From the NCBI GenBank assembly GCA_964016885.1, contig OZ024745.1, forward strand, positions 63,612,001 to 63,676,000: a stretch of 64,000 nucleotides of DNA, written 5' to 3'. Made by a program: the position numbers and the translations under genes. This stretch comes from Eledone cirrhosa. Lineage: Eukaryota. Positions 28,736-40,555 of the stretch are shown piece by piece (position 1 is the stretch's first letter; each line of letters starts with the position of its first letter). The notes under the pieces are model-generated. The model did not search any database. It was not told the origin of the DNA and saw nothing but the letters and a program-made list of their open reading frames with translations.

Positions 28736-29955
28736 CTAGTCTGGTCATTTCCACTCCTCATTACTGAGGGACGGTACCATGGAGATATATATCTACATGG
28801 GTCTCATCAGTAAAACAGAAACGCCAGTGGGTCCTGGATCTTTGTACGACCATTATTCTGAAGCTGGCTATCTAGCCGCAGCTCATCCGCCTTCATCACA
28901 ACTATGAAGGCGTTGCCTACTTGAAAGGTTGTCATCTGAATGCCTAAAGATTCCCATCTATCCTGGCTTTGAAATCAGAGCTATTTCGAACGTATGATTC
29001 AAATGTATATATGATTCCCTCATACATTCTGCCAAGAAAAGTGATTTAATGACCGCTGATTTCGTTCTGTCTTTTCACCCCATGATGTTTTTTTTTTTTT
29101 TTTTCATTCTGCACTGTGTCCAAAAATAACCCTCCTCACTAAGCAATCTCAATTAAAAACTATTCACATGATGCTTTATCGTGGCAATGGTAAGACAATT
29201 TTGGGTTTGCATTTGAGTAATTGATGGCTAATGTCGGGACGATCATGTGGTGAGTGTAAAATTGAAAGTTTAATACTGTTAATATTATTATTTGATTAAT
29301 GTGTTAATCTTAATTTAGTTAATCGGGAGTGTCTGGTATCTTTCATTAGTTCATTTGTAACATTAAAAGCACGAGGTGGTTTATATATTTGCCTTGGATC
29401 GGTTAAGGGCAGTCGTCATTAGTGGCATGTGCGTTGTTTGTCCTTTGAGGCATGTTGAGAGGATTGTGCTGTTCATTAGAATGCTTGCTCATGGTGATAG
29501 GGAGAGGGGGAGGCGAAGTGCACTGTTATCAGGACCAGAATCTATCAGGGTAAGTTGCCCTAAATTCCCCTGTTTTCGCATGCAGTTACGTGCAGCCTAC
29601 TTACTATCATTTCTATTAGCAGCACTCTGAAATTTTCGTTGGACAGTAAGTGGGCGTGCTTTTTGAGTGAGATCATATTTTAGTATTTTTTTACCTTTAA
29701 TTGTCTGTTGGGCGCTGCATTTTATTAAGCAAGTTTTACTGTTTCACCTTGTATATATTTGCTTCAATCTTTTATTTTTTCTTCTATTCCGTTCATACTA
29801 GATTGTTTCATAGTGTTCAGCTTTAGCTTCCTTTCCTATTTATTTGGTTATTTAATTACAGAGCCTGTAGCTTCACATCTTTCCACATTTAAGTGAAACT
29901 TCATTCTGTTAAATTTAATGTATTTACATATATGATATATGTATCTATATGTGTG

Positions 29956-30054
<99 letters not shown>

Positions 30055-30121
30055 GTGTGTGTGTGCATATATATATATATATTTGTATAGGCGTATATCT
30101 GATTATACACACACACGCACA

Positions 30122-30306
30122 CGATGGATTGGCAGTATCGGTAGAGGGCTGGATGCCATGCCTTCACGCATAGTTACGGCCCTTGCCATTCTGAGTTCAA
30201 ATCCCGCCGAGGTTAACTTTGCCTTTCATCCTTGCGGGGTCGATAAAATAAAGTTCCAGTAATGTACCGGGTTAGTGTTGGCCTTGTGCCAAAAGTAGAA
30301 ACAATT
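30122..30306 (+). mobile_element. SINE family A copy, near full length
   Basis: GGATTGGCAGTATCGGTAGAG head, B box, core, tail. Confidence 0.9.
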
Positions 30307-30879
30307 ATATATATATATATATGTGTGTGTGCCTGTGTGATATATAATACCTCCTTGCTCCACCCCAAGTCTTCCTTTTACATACAGTGCCCGCCACAGA
30401 AATGTTAATTCTTGTCTGATGACATTCTGATAACACCGTGTAACAAAAAAAAAATGTTCTCTGTTCCTGGCTTGTAATCACTTTTTTGTATTGTCCCAAA
30501 TAAATAAAAAAAGTTATACCAAATAAATAAAAAAAGTGCTATTAAGCAGTTAAAAGTTGGGGTTTGTAAAAATTCTAAGCTATTCACTAGAATTATTTGT
30601 ATGCTGGATATTACGTTGTATGTAAGTTTAATTTGCTTATGTTAAATGATTTTTTTTATATATGTTTCAGGTTAAATTAAAATTATAAAATAAAGAGTAA
30701 TACCTAAAGAAAATTATAAAAGTGCTATAAAGTATAAAATTGTTAAAAAGTGGATTAAAGAGATTTATTGATACTGGATTTTCTCACCCTGAATAAAGGG
30801 TAAGTTGTGTTTTGAGCATTCGTCTCCGGGATGAAGCAGTGGAACTTGGTCAAGGAGGAAGTGTAGGTGACAAGTCAGA

Positions 30880-31925
30880 GAAGTCGACACGAACCTTTCT
30901 CAGGCTTTTACACTCTTAGGGATGGCCCATTGCTTCTGCCATGACGTGCCTGGACTGTTTGACGTTATTGGGGTGCCGTTTGTGCCCAAGGAGTGGCGGC
31001 TATTTATAGACAGCTCCACCATAAGTTTGAAGGCTGTCCTCCTCCACAATGGAAACACGTTCCCGACACTGCCCCTAGCTCATTCAGTCTGCCTGAAGGA
31101 AGATTACTACAGTGTGAAAGTCCTCTTGGAAGCTCTGCAATACAACCAGTACAATTGGGAAATCATTGGAGACTTCAGATGGTGGCTGTCCTGCTTGGAC
31201 TCCTAGGAGGTTTTATCAAATTCCTATGCTTCCTCTGCCTTTGGGACAGCAGAGCCACCTCTGACCACTACAAAAGAAAGAACTGGGAGCAGCGAACAGA
31301 ATTTGCAGTTGGGACCCGGAACGTCATGTGGGAGCCACTGGTTGATCCCAGGATTGTGCTCATGCCGCCACTGCACATTAAGTTGGGGTTGATGAAGCAG
31401 TTTGTGAAGCAGTTTGTGAAGGCTCTCAACCAAGAATCAGCCGCTTTTAAGTACCTTCTTGAGTTCTTCCCCAAGTTATCTGAGGCCAAAATCAAAGGTG
31501 GAATTTTTGTTGGACCTCAGATAAAGAAGGTGTTTGAATCTACCGAGTTCTCCAATAAGCTCAATAGGATTGAGAGAACAGCCTGGAACTGATTAAGCCT
31601 GGAACTGCTCAAGGGCTTCCTGGATGACTACAGAGCTGAAAACTACCAGTAACTGGTGCAGGATCTCATAAAGGCTTTTGGCGCCATGGGATGCAGGATG
31701 TCGCTTAAACTCCATATGCTGGACGCTCACCTGGTAAAAGTCAAGGACAATATAGGCGCCTACTCAGAAGAACAAGGAGAACGATTCCACCAAGATGTGA
31801 AAGAGATAGAGCGGAGGTACCAGGGCCACTACAATGAAAAAATGATGGAGGATTATATCTGGGGGCAAGCGCGGGAATGCGACCTGGACTACAACAGCAA
31901 ATTCAGGAAATCCAGTCATTTCTGA
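30880..31925 (+). pseudogene. Chapaev3-like DDE transposase with frameshift and stops
   Basis: WRLFIDSS..LKAVLLHNGN, IGDF, CFLCLWDSR, PPLHIKLGLMKQFVKAL, MSLKLH, SEEQGERFHQD..ERRYQG. Confidence 0.85.
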
Positions 31926-32125
31926 CTTGTAAAAGTTGCTTTATAAGTGTTATTTGTTTTTATTTGTTTGCCTTTGATAAGCTTGTGTAATAAAATAAAT
32001 ATATACTCTGTTGATTTAATTATATGAACTGATAAATTTTTTTTAAATGTGTTTTTTCTTGAAAAATATGAACATTTCGAAATATCAAACTCCTGACCAC
32101 AAACCCAAACTTCTGATTAAATAAT

Positions 32126-32313
32126 TGTTTCTACTTTAGGCACAAGGCTAGCAATTACCCAGTGCATTAATGGTACTTTATTTTATCGACCCCGTAAGGA
32201 TGAAAGGCAAAGTCAAACTCTGCGGGATTTGAACTCAGATCGTAAAGGGATGTAACTATGCTGGAAAGCATGGCGTCCGACCCTCTACCGATACTGCCAA
32301 TCCACCGCCTATG
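32126..32313 (-). mobile_element. Full-length SINE family A inserted in the DNA transposon
   Basis: 11-bp TSD GATTAAATAAT at 32115-32125 and 32314-32324. Confidence 0.93.
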
Positions 32314-32570
32314 GATTAAATAATAGTGTATTTTTATAATAATGGGATATAACAAACCATGAAATGACACTTAGAACCGGGGAACAAAAAATATGTTACA
32401 CGGTGTAGGCAGACGATACTCCAAAGTAACAGGACGCACTTTTTAGCGTTAATAATATTGAATATTAAAACTCTACTTTGGTATTGAATATTCTCTCATC
32501 CGTCAACCATATATGGACATACACACACATACAGATATATATATAGAGAGAATTTCATATATATATTTAT

Positions 32571-32699
<129 letters not shown>

Positions 32700-32785
32700 G
32701 GAGGTGAGTTTTATTGTAGTACAATAAAGCAATGCAGATATCGGATAAGAAGCACTCTACAGTTTGTAGGACTGGAGTATACATA

Positions 32786-33114
32786 ATATATAAGATCAAA
32801 AGATGGTTAAAAGAGTTCCATGTATTTTATTATGCGCATTTCAAAAACAAATATCATCATGCAATAACATTTGTGTTTTCATCAGATAAAATAGGAAGAC
32901 ATGATATGAAGGTTAAAAAACACTTGTGAATAGTGCAGTTTTAAATCAACATATCATGGTTGATTTAAAACTGCACTATTCACAAGTGTTTTTTAACCTT
33001 CATATCATGTCTTCCTATTTTATCTGATGAAAACACAAATGTTATTGCATGATGATATTTGTTTTTGAAATGCGCATAATAAAATACATGGAACTCTTTT
33101 AACCATCTTTTGAT

Positions 33115-33123
<9 letters not shown>
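32786..33123. repeat. Perfect 165-bp-arm palindrome (8-nt spacer) with two divergent hammerhead motifs
   Basis: 32786-32950 is the reverse complement of 32959-33123. Confidence 0.95.
33018..33084 (+). ncRNA. Type I hammerhead ribozyme (mirror copy on minus at 32825-32891)
   Basis: TTTTAT-CTGATGA-[~16-bp stem II, GCAT loop]-GAA-ATGCGCAT-A-ATAAAA; 6-bp stem I, palindromic stem III. Confidence 0.88.
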
Positions 33124-33170
<47 letters not shown>

Positions 33171-33312
33171 TAGAACGGATATTTAATTTGTTGGAAATCC
33201 GACAAATATAAATATAAATGTTTATAACTGATTTAGAGCACTCATCATATTCCTGGAGTAAATATTCAATGATATTAAATAAATGGAAACTATATTTATA
33301 AAACCGTATTCA

Positions 33313-33371
33313 TTTCATTATATATATTTCAAGGGTACCAAAACACTTTGGTAGGCTTTCTTCAGATAAAA
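33313..33371 (-). ncRNA. Type I hammerhead ribozyme within inverted repeat 33267-33548
   Basis: Minus TTTTAT-CTGAAGA-AAGccTACCAAA-gtgt-TTTGGTAccCTT-GAA-ATATATAT-A-ATGAAA; the opposite arm keeps only the 3' half. Confidence 0.8.
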
Positions 33372-33588
33372 TACAAAGTTTGTTTTATAAATAGAGACAT
33401 AACCAGGAAAATCATACCTTATCAGTTGGATATTCTCTGACTACCCAGAGAATACCTTATCAGTTGGATATTCTCTGTATCCTTGAAATATATATAATAA
33501 AATAAATATGGTTTTATAAATATAGTTTCCATTTATTTAATATCATTGTATATATATACCTTTTGAACTCTGTTCCCACACACTTCTC

Positions 33589-33620
33589 ACCTGAAGAAGG
33601 GCTTATGCCCGAAACGTCGT
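33589..33620 (+). ncRNA. Minimal hammerhead motif of classic PLE type
   Basis: CTGAAGA-A-GGGC-ttat-GCCC-GAAACGTC; stem I only 2 bp; AATAAA ~40 nt downstream. Confidence 0.75.
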
Positions 33621-33706
33621 CCCCCACCTACTCCCCACTCTCCTGAGCTTGAATTTAATAAACATTTATCGTACTGCCTCTCTGTTCTGTCCCTGTTCAA
33701 TTTTTC

Positions 33707-33777
<71 letters not shown>

Positions 33778-33841
33778 GTAGTACACTGGTAGGTAATATT
33801 CGTAGTTGTAGAGCACTCAGTCCATGGGACGAGTTAGGTAG

Positions 33842-34017
33842 AAGTGTTTACACAACAGTTAATTCACAATACCGAGAACAATTGTTTCACCTTAGCGGAT
33901 CTTCAGCTCGTAATGGCATGGTTATGCCGTTCCGTATAACCATGTCCATTACGAGCTGAGGATCCGCTAAGGTGAAACAATTGTCCCCGGTATGGTGAAC
34001 TAACTGTTTTATAACCA

Positions 34018-34020
<3 letters not shown>
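33842..34020. ncRNA. ~85-bp-arm inverted repeat with two divergent hammerhead motifs (33873-33910 minus, 33952-33989 plus)
   Basis: Consensus CGAG-CTGA(A/G)GA-TCCgctaaGGT-GAA-ACAATTGT-C-CTCG. Confidence 0.8.
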
Positions 34021-34067
<47 letters not shown>

Positions 34068-34689
34068 TGGCCCAGGATGGCCTCAGCCAGATGGTTGGTA
34101 AAAGAGTATATATATATATATATATATAGGAACCAGTAAGACCCCGACAGCTGAGCTCAAGCCGTTTCGACGGCTAATTCTATATATGAAATTGTTTCCG
34201 AAGAAGACGGTATGATCGAACTCATGTATTATGTCTGATAGTATACAGTTCTCTAACTGCTATAGATAAGATCAACCCTCCGAAACGATCGTAAAACAAA
34301 TATGCAATATATCCCACTCTGTATCTGAAAGATTGACTCTGTGAAATCCGCAAACAATCACTGGATCTCACTGAACTACATACTAACGATTACATGGAAT
34401 TCTAACTACGGTATAGACCCCACCATGAAAGGTAGACCACATTGAATATATATATATATATATGTATATATTTATATATATACATATATGTATGTGTGTG
34501 TGTGTGTGTGTGTAATATTAGATATGAATCGAAGTTGAACTTCCCATATAGCAGGTACTAATATATATATATATGTATGCAGGGGTGGTGGAATCGGAAC
34601 CCCCCACCCCACCTAATTATAGTTTCTTCCCAAACTACCAAAACCCACATCTATTTGTATATTCGCTACAATATATGTACATGTTATGT

Positions 34690-35540
34690 AGAGATAGATG
34701 GAAGAGATGGATATAGATATAAAGAGGGGGAGAGTTTGGTATTAATTGATATAGAGAGAGGGGTTGGAAGATTGCTCCGTGTGGTAGATATAGAGAGAGG
34801 TTTGGGAGAATATGTTGTATGGTTGATATAGAGAGCGGGAGAATTTGGTGTTAATGAATACAGTGAGTGCGTTTGATAGAGTATTTTGTATATTAGATAT
34901 AGAGAGGGGGAGCGATTGATGTTTATTGATATAGAGGGGGGATGCAAGACAGTTCAGTGTTGTAGATATAATGAGATGTATTGCAAGAGAGTTCTGTCTA
35001 GTAGATATACAAAGGGGGATAGTTTGTTGGTAATTGATATAGTGCGGGGCATTGGAAGAGAGTGTGCTGTATATTAAATATAGAGAGGGGGTAATATTAA
35101 TGTTTATTGACATATATTGGGGGATTGGAAGAGAGTTCCGTGAGGTTGCTATAGAGAGGTGTTAGCTTGGTGTTAATTGATATAGAGAGAGGGATTGGGA
35201 GAAATTGTTGTATGGTTGATGTGGAGAGGGGGGAGTTTGCTGTTAATGAATAAAGTGAGAGGAATGATAGAGATAGGTATTGATAGATATAGAGAGGTGT
35301 AGAGTTTTGTAGTGATGAATAAAGTGAGAGGGAATGAGAGAGAGTGTTGTATTGTAGAAATAGAGAGGGGTATATTTTGCTGTTAATTGATATATAGATG
35401 GGGGACGGAAGAGAGCTCCGTGTAGTAGTTATAGAGAACGGGTGAGTTTGGTGTTAATTGGTATAGATAGGGGTATTGGAAGAGAGTTTGGTGTTAATTG
35501 ATATAGAGAGGGGTATTGAAAGAGAGTTCCATGTATGTAG
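34690..35540. repeat. Purine-rich minisatellite, ~60-65-bp unit, ~13 diverged copies
   Basis: Recurring GTAGATATAGAGAGGGGGAGTTTGGTGTTAATTGATATAGAGAGGGATTGGAAGAGAGTT; bracketed by a diverged ~60-bp direct repeat (~34620, ~35555). Confidence 0.85.
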
Positions 35541-36906
35541 TAGTGTGTGTTTTGGTAGTTGTTCCCCAAACACACATCTATTTTGATATATGCGCTACAA
35601 TTTATGTATACGGTATGTTTATCGCGTATCGAAGTTTTCTGACCATTTTAGAGTGCAAAGAACTAAACTACTCACTACCATAAATTGACCAAATTTGCCC
35701 CCTTCCCCCAATCAGAAATGCTTTCCCCGCCCGGTATGTATGTGTGTGTGTGTTAAAAGGAAAAGTAGAAAAGCACAGGCGTATATTTAAAGATTCTTTT
35801 TATTCTTTAATCCGACAGAATAAATACTTATATATTCGTTACATGAAGTGAATTTTAGTTTTATCAACATTTACCGCTTTCTATTGGTGTGTGAAACTGA
35901 TCGAATATTAAGAATCTTTCTTCTCATAATCTGTGGGCAGATATAACATGAATTCCCCCACCCACTCACCCCCAAAAAATCTCATCCTATATACCTTTGT
36001 TATTTATGTGGCTGTGGTTAGTGAAGTGGTGAGGGTGTCAGTGTTCAACAGGTCGAGGTATTCATTGATTTACTCGAAAATGTGAATAGAAATTGTCTAT
36101 CCTATTTAGAATAAAGACGCAGTTAGAATTTTGTTACTCTATTTGGGTTTTCTAGTGCTCTAAATAAAAAACAGGAAGAAATAAAAATAGGTATAATATT
36201 ATAGAAATTTCTATTGTAAATACAATATATATATAAAACAAAGTTCAATGAATAAATCAAAGAATTAGTTTTACAATAGATTGGAAGCACTCAACAGTTT
36301 GGTTTTCCGGAGTTATTAATATTAATTCAAAATATTAACAAAAATAGAACTTCTTGTGATCAAGTATATTTTATTATACATATTACAGAGGTACTGAGCT
36401 AACTTCAACAGTACGTCCTCAACAGATAAAATAAGATAATGTATGGCATACCCTGACATAGTAGATGGTTAAGATGCAATCATGGTAGTGAGTAAGATAT
36501 GACAAAACTCAATATTTATATATCTTGAGAAAAACTTACATATAATACATATAATACAGAGGGTGCGTGTAAGAAAGCTTAAAAATACATAACAGTAATT
36601 TACATAACTGTTAGAGATTCAAATAATTATTGAAGAAAGAGGAAAGAAAAAAGAAAGACAGAGAGAAAACAGATGAGGGGGAAATATAGCTAGTAGAGGT
36701 ATAGAGAGCAAAAGAGAATTGATCAAGGAAAGGGAGACAAAAAAGAATAATTATAATTATAGGGAGGGGTGAATTATATATATCTATACATAACTATACA
36801 TTTGGGCATAGCTATGCGATAGAGTAAACTCGAATCTTTGAATTATTGAATTATCTAGAAATATTCATCAATCTAAATCCTAAATATAACTGGGTGTAAT
36901 TAATAA

Positions 36907-36979
36907 TTGTTTCTACTTTAGGCACAAGGCCAGCAATTACCCAGTGCGTTACTGGTACTTTATTTCATCGACCCCGTAA
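36907..36979 (-). mobile_element. 5'-truncated SINE family A in the left PLE arm
   Basis: TSD ATTAATAAT; the empty site is visible in the right arm at ~41985-42005. Confidence 0.9.
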
Positions 36980-37784
36980 GGATGAAAGGCAAAGTCAACA
37001 TTAATAATCTTAGTTAATTAGTTATATATACTACCCAAACGTATCCTGTTGACCGATAACTTTCAAATCATTTAAGTTAGTTCAGAGGAATGAATTAATC
37101 AAAGTGTATATTATTTCAGGCTATAAAAGTTTATAAACATCTGTATTAATATTAAAGTATACTATAATATTTAATTTATAAAATCATATTTTATGAATTC
37201 ATATTTAAACTATTTGCAAACATGAGAAAGAAGACATGCTATTTTTCATCCTCACGAAGGTAATTCTTATTAAATTTATTATAATATATTTAATTATTTA
37301 TATTATATTGAAAATAATTCGCATTATATAATTTATAAAATAATTACAGTTATAATTTTAAAAATTAATATTAACAATTAGAATGCCTTAAAGCATCAAA
37401 AGGCCTTATAATTAAACTTTAAAAGGTTTATTATTAAATTAGGTATATGCATTTGTCTAAATATAAACACAGATTATATTGTCTAAAGATTAAGATGATA
37501 CCTATATAATACAATAAATAAGTTACTGATTGTTAAACATTAAGATTTTAGATCAATTATTATAATAAGGTCATGTAACAGATATATACTATAAATATAC
37601 AAGTCAAACTTCGTGAATCATACGGATAAGAATCTGATTCAAAGTAAAAAGTGAATTGTCTGCGATCTTAAATTTTTTTATAAATTTATATAGTAGTATA
37701 ATGTGTCTGCAAACATGAGAAAGAGAAAGCCTAAGGATTTCATTGACCCGAAGGTAACCCAAATTTAATTAAATTAAATTAAAT

Positions 37785-38058
37785 AATAATCGTTATATTA
37801 CTTAGAAAATTTAGAAAATATTTAGAACATATTTAACGATTATAACACTAGAAAATCATTAAAGTATCTAAAGTACTTATCAATAATAATCGTTATATAA
37901 CTTAGAAAATATTTAGAACATATTTAACGATTATAACACTAGAAAATCATTAAAGTATCTAAAGTAATTATCAATAATAATCGTTATATAACTTAGAAAA
38001 TTTAGAAAATATTTAGAAAATATTCAACGATTATAACACTAGAAAGTCATTAAAGTAT
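37785..38058. repeat. Three tandem ~95-bp units (single copy in the right arm at 41115-41210)
   Basis: AATAATCGTTATAT.ACTTAGAAAAT..AACGATTATAACACTAGAAA.TCATTAAAGTAT x3. Confidence 0.9.
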
Positions 38059-38065
38059 AACTGAT

Positions 38066-39590
38066 TTAGTTCTGATTTTTTCCCGATTTATTTACGGTAG
38101 TGGTGTTTGTATTAACATTTTTAGAATCTCGTTTATACATGTTAATCTTATTAGGATTACAATTCAAATTATTATCCATATATTCTATATTATTTTTATA
38201 ACCTGCCTTTCGTAACGCGTCATTATAATATCCTGCATTTTCATCAAATATGGATTTATTAGCGGATATTCTAGTTATCCGTTTCTGTACACTATTGACT
38301 ATTGCGTTTTTCACAGATTTAGGGTGATTAGAGTAATAGCTAACGTAGTTTATGTTTTCATTGGGCTTATGGAAAGGGTAATAAAAACCTGAGTTTAAGT
38401 TAAAGGTAACGTCAAGGAAATTAACTATTTTCGTACTACTTTCAACTACTAATTTAAGGTCGTAATTTTTAGATAATTCAATTATAGTTTTCTTAACCCT
38501 CTTTAGTTCTGTATTGATATGTTTGACAACCGTAAATAAAATATCGTCCCTATATAAACCACCGATAATCTCCGGTAGTTTTCTATTTACCATATTTAAG
38601 ATGAAAATCCCCAGAAGATCCGTGACCTGCGCTGAGTCCGATGATCCCATGGTAATGTCAAAATTTCTATTCCTATCTGAACGGGTCCAATATTCATTGT
38701 TGAAATTAATTAGAGTTCTTCTAGCAGTTAATATGATATCGATTTCATCCGTAGTTAGATCTGTATGTTTGTAAGCATGAGATAAAGCCTTATTTAATAG
38801 GTTAGGTGTAATAGAAGAATAATAGCTTGTTATGTCCATTTGGATGAATTTGTGATATTTCTTATTCTCTATATTTTTAAACCAGTCAATCACTTCATTA
38901 GTGTCCTTCCATAAGCTCAATTTAGACTTCAATTTCAGAGTAGGTAGAATTCTATCAATAATATTCTTACTGATTACTCCAATATCCGATTTAGATGGAG
39001 CAATCAGTCTAACTGGGAGGTCTTCCTCAAAGTTTCTTTTGTGATCCTTAAAATTTATCCTCGGCTGTCTAGGTATGAAAGGCTCAGTTCTTCCTCAATT
39101 CCAAATTTAGCTATTAATTTAAATGCATTATTATTGATGTCTGTAAGATCTTCGGCCGGGGCTTTTCTATAATTTGTCCTTAGTTCTTTTAAAATCAAAT
39201 CATTATATTCATCTTTATTGTTGGTTCTGTCAGACTTCACCAATATTTTATTAACTTTTTTTATAGCCAAGATTTTTTCTTTAAGAGTTCTAAGCTATTG
39301 GTGACCTTTATATGGGTTTTTCCTGAATTTAATTTTTTTTAGTATATTGAGCATTTCTGTTTCAAAACCCTCCAGGAGTTTGTTGTATGGAGGATTTTTT
39401 CTGGATTTAAAGATAGTTTCGAAATAATTGCTGTTGGTTATCCTTTTAGCTTCTTTATTATCGAAATGAAATGCACGCCATCTCACTCTTCTTATAAAAG
39501 AGTTTGTTTGCTCTATAAGTTTCCTCATGTATTCTTCATTATTTATTAAATTTGCAATCTGTTGTATAGAAAAACGCTCAACCTGCTGGG
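38066..39590 (-). pseudogene. PLE reverse transcriptase (stops/frameshifts)
   Basis: FIRRVRWRAFHFD, FKSRKNPP, KSDRTNN, KDHKRNF..VRLIAPSKSDIG, MDITSYYSSI, FDITMGSSDSAQ, GLYRDD, FLDVTFNL, SNHP. Confidence 0.93.
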
Positions 39591-39745
39591 AGCTAGTTAT
39601 ATGTAAAGGTTAAACAAGGTTCAATGAATAAATCAAAGAATTAGTTTTACAATAGATTGGAAGCACTCAACTGTATGGTTTTCCGGAGTTATTAATATTA
39701 ATTCAAAATATTAACAAAAATAGAACTTCTTGTGATCAAGTATAA

Positions 39746-39806
39746 TTTATTATACATATTTCAGAGGTACTGAGCTAACTTCAACAGTACGTCCTCATCA
39801 GATAAA
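39746..39806 (-). ncRNA. Type I hammerhead ribozyme in 5' pLTR (intact core)
   Basis: TTTAT-CTGATGA-GGAcGTACTG..CAGTACcTCT-GAA-ATATGTAT-A-ATAAA; the paralog at 36370-36430 has core mutations (CTGTTGA, GTAA). Confidence 0.85.
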
Positions 39807-39869
39807 ATAAGATAATGCATGACATACCCTGATATAGTAGATGGTTAAGATCCAGTCATGGTAGTGAGT

Positions 39870-40555
39870 AAAGCTTTAGATAAATCCTTCCCCATTCAAC
39901 ATAAATACCGTTTCATATTTAACAGACACACAATTAAGCTTTCTTATTCTACAACTATGAATATGGCCCAGAACATCGCTAAAATACAGAGTAGAATTCT
40001 AAATCAACATACATTTAACGATAATGAATATAATAACACTAGCAATATTAATACTAGAAATAACAATAACATCACAATCAATAGAACATTTCGGAGTACT
40101 AATAATGTTAATGGAAATAGTACAATTTATAGTAATATCAATAAATCGACGTATAATTGTAGAAATAGACCAGATTGCCCTCTGCAAAATAAATGTCTGG
40201 ATAGCAATATGGTATATAAATGCACCGTAAAAGCAAATAACATCACATACAACTATATAGGTGCAACTTCTTCGACATTTAAATCAAGATTTGCGAATCA
40301 CAAATGCTCTTTTTCGAATCCTAATAGGAAATTTTCGACTTCTTTATCACAACTTATATGGTCATAAAAGACAAAAACTTAAAATACTCGATTTCTTGGG
40401 CGAAGTTGTGTAATAGTATACTGTACCATGCAGACACTTTTAATAATTACTAATTATGAAAATTTAATTAACAAAAAAGTGAATTATTCTCAAACTGCCT
40501 TCATAAAGCTTTGTCTACATTCCAAACCTCGCAAAAAGTCACGAAAAAACACTAA
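39870..40555 (+). pseudogene. PLE GIY-YIG endonuclease domain with Cys-rich linker
   Basis: LDKSFP..IFNRHTIKLSYS, NCRNRPDCPLQNKC, MVYKC..YIGATSSTFKSRFANH, TSLSQLIW, ELFSNCLH. Confidence 0.9.

Larger units (their letters stand above)
30434..32405 (+). mobile_element. Chapaev3-like (CMC superfamily) DNA transposon, internally deleted
   Basis: Termini CACCGTGTAACA... / ...TGTTACACGGTG, flanks TAA/TAG (3-bp TSD-like), transposase remnant inside. Confidence 0.8.

Noticed and set aside
30122-30210. tRNA gene
   Set aside because: A/B boxes belong to a multi-copy SINE head; no clean cloverleaf or terminator.
40365-40367. Recoded stop or selenocysteine in the PLE endonuclease
   Set aside because: The codon is TAA at a position expected to be Leu; simple decay, not TGA.
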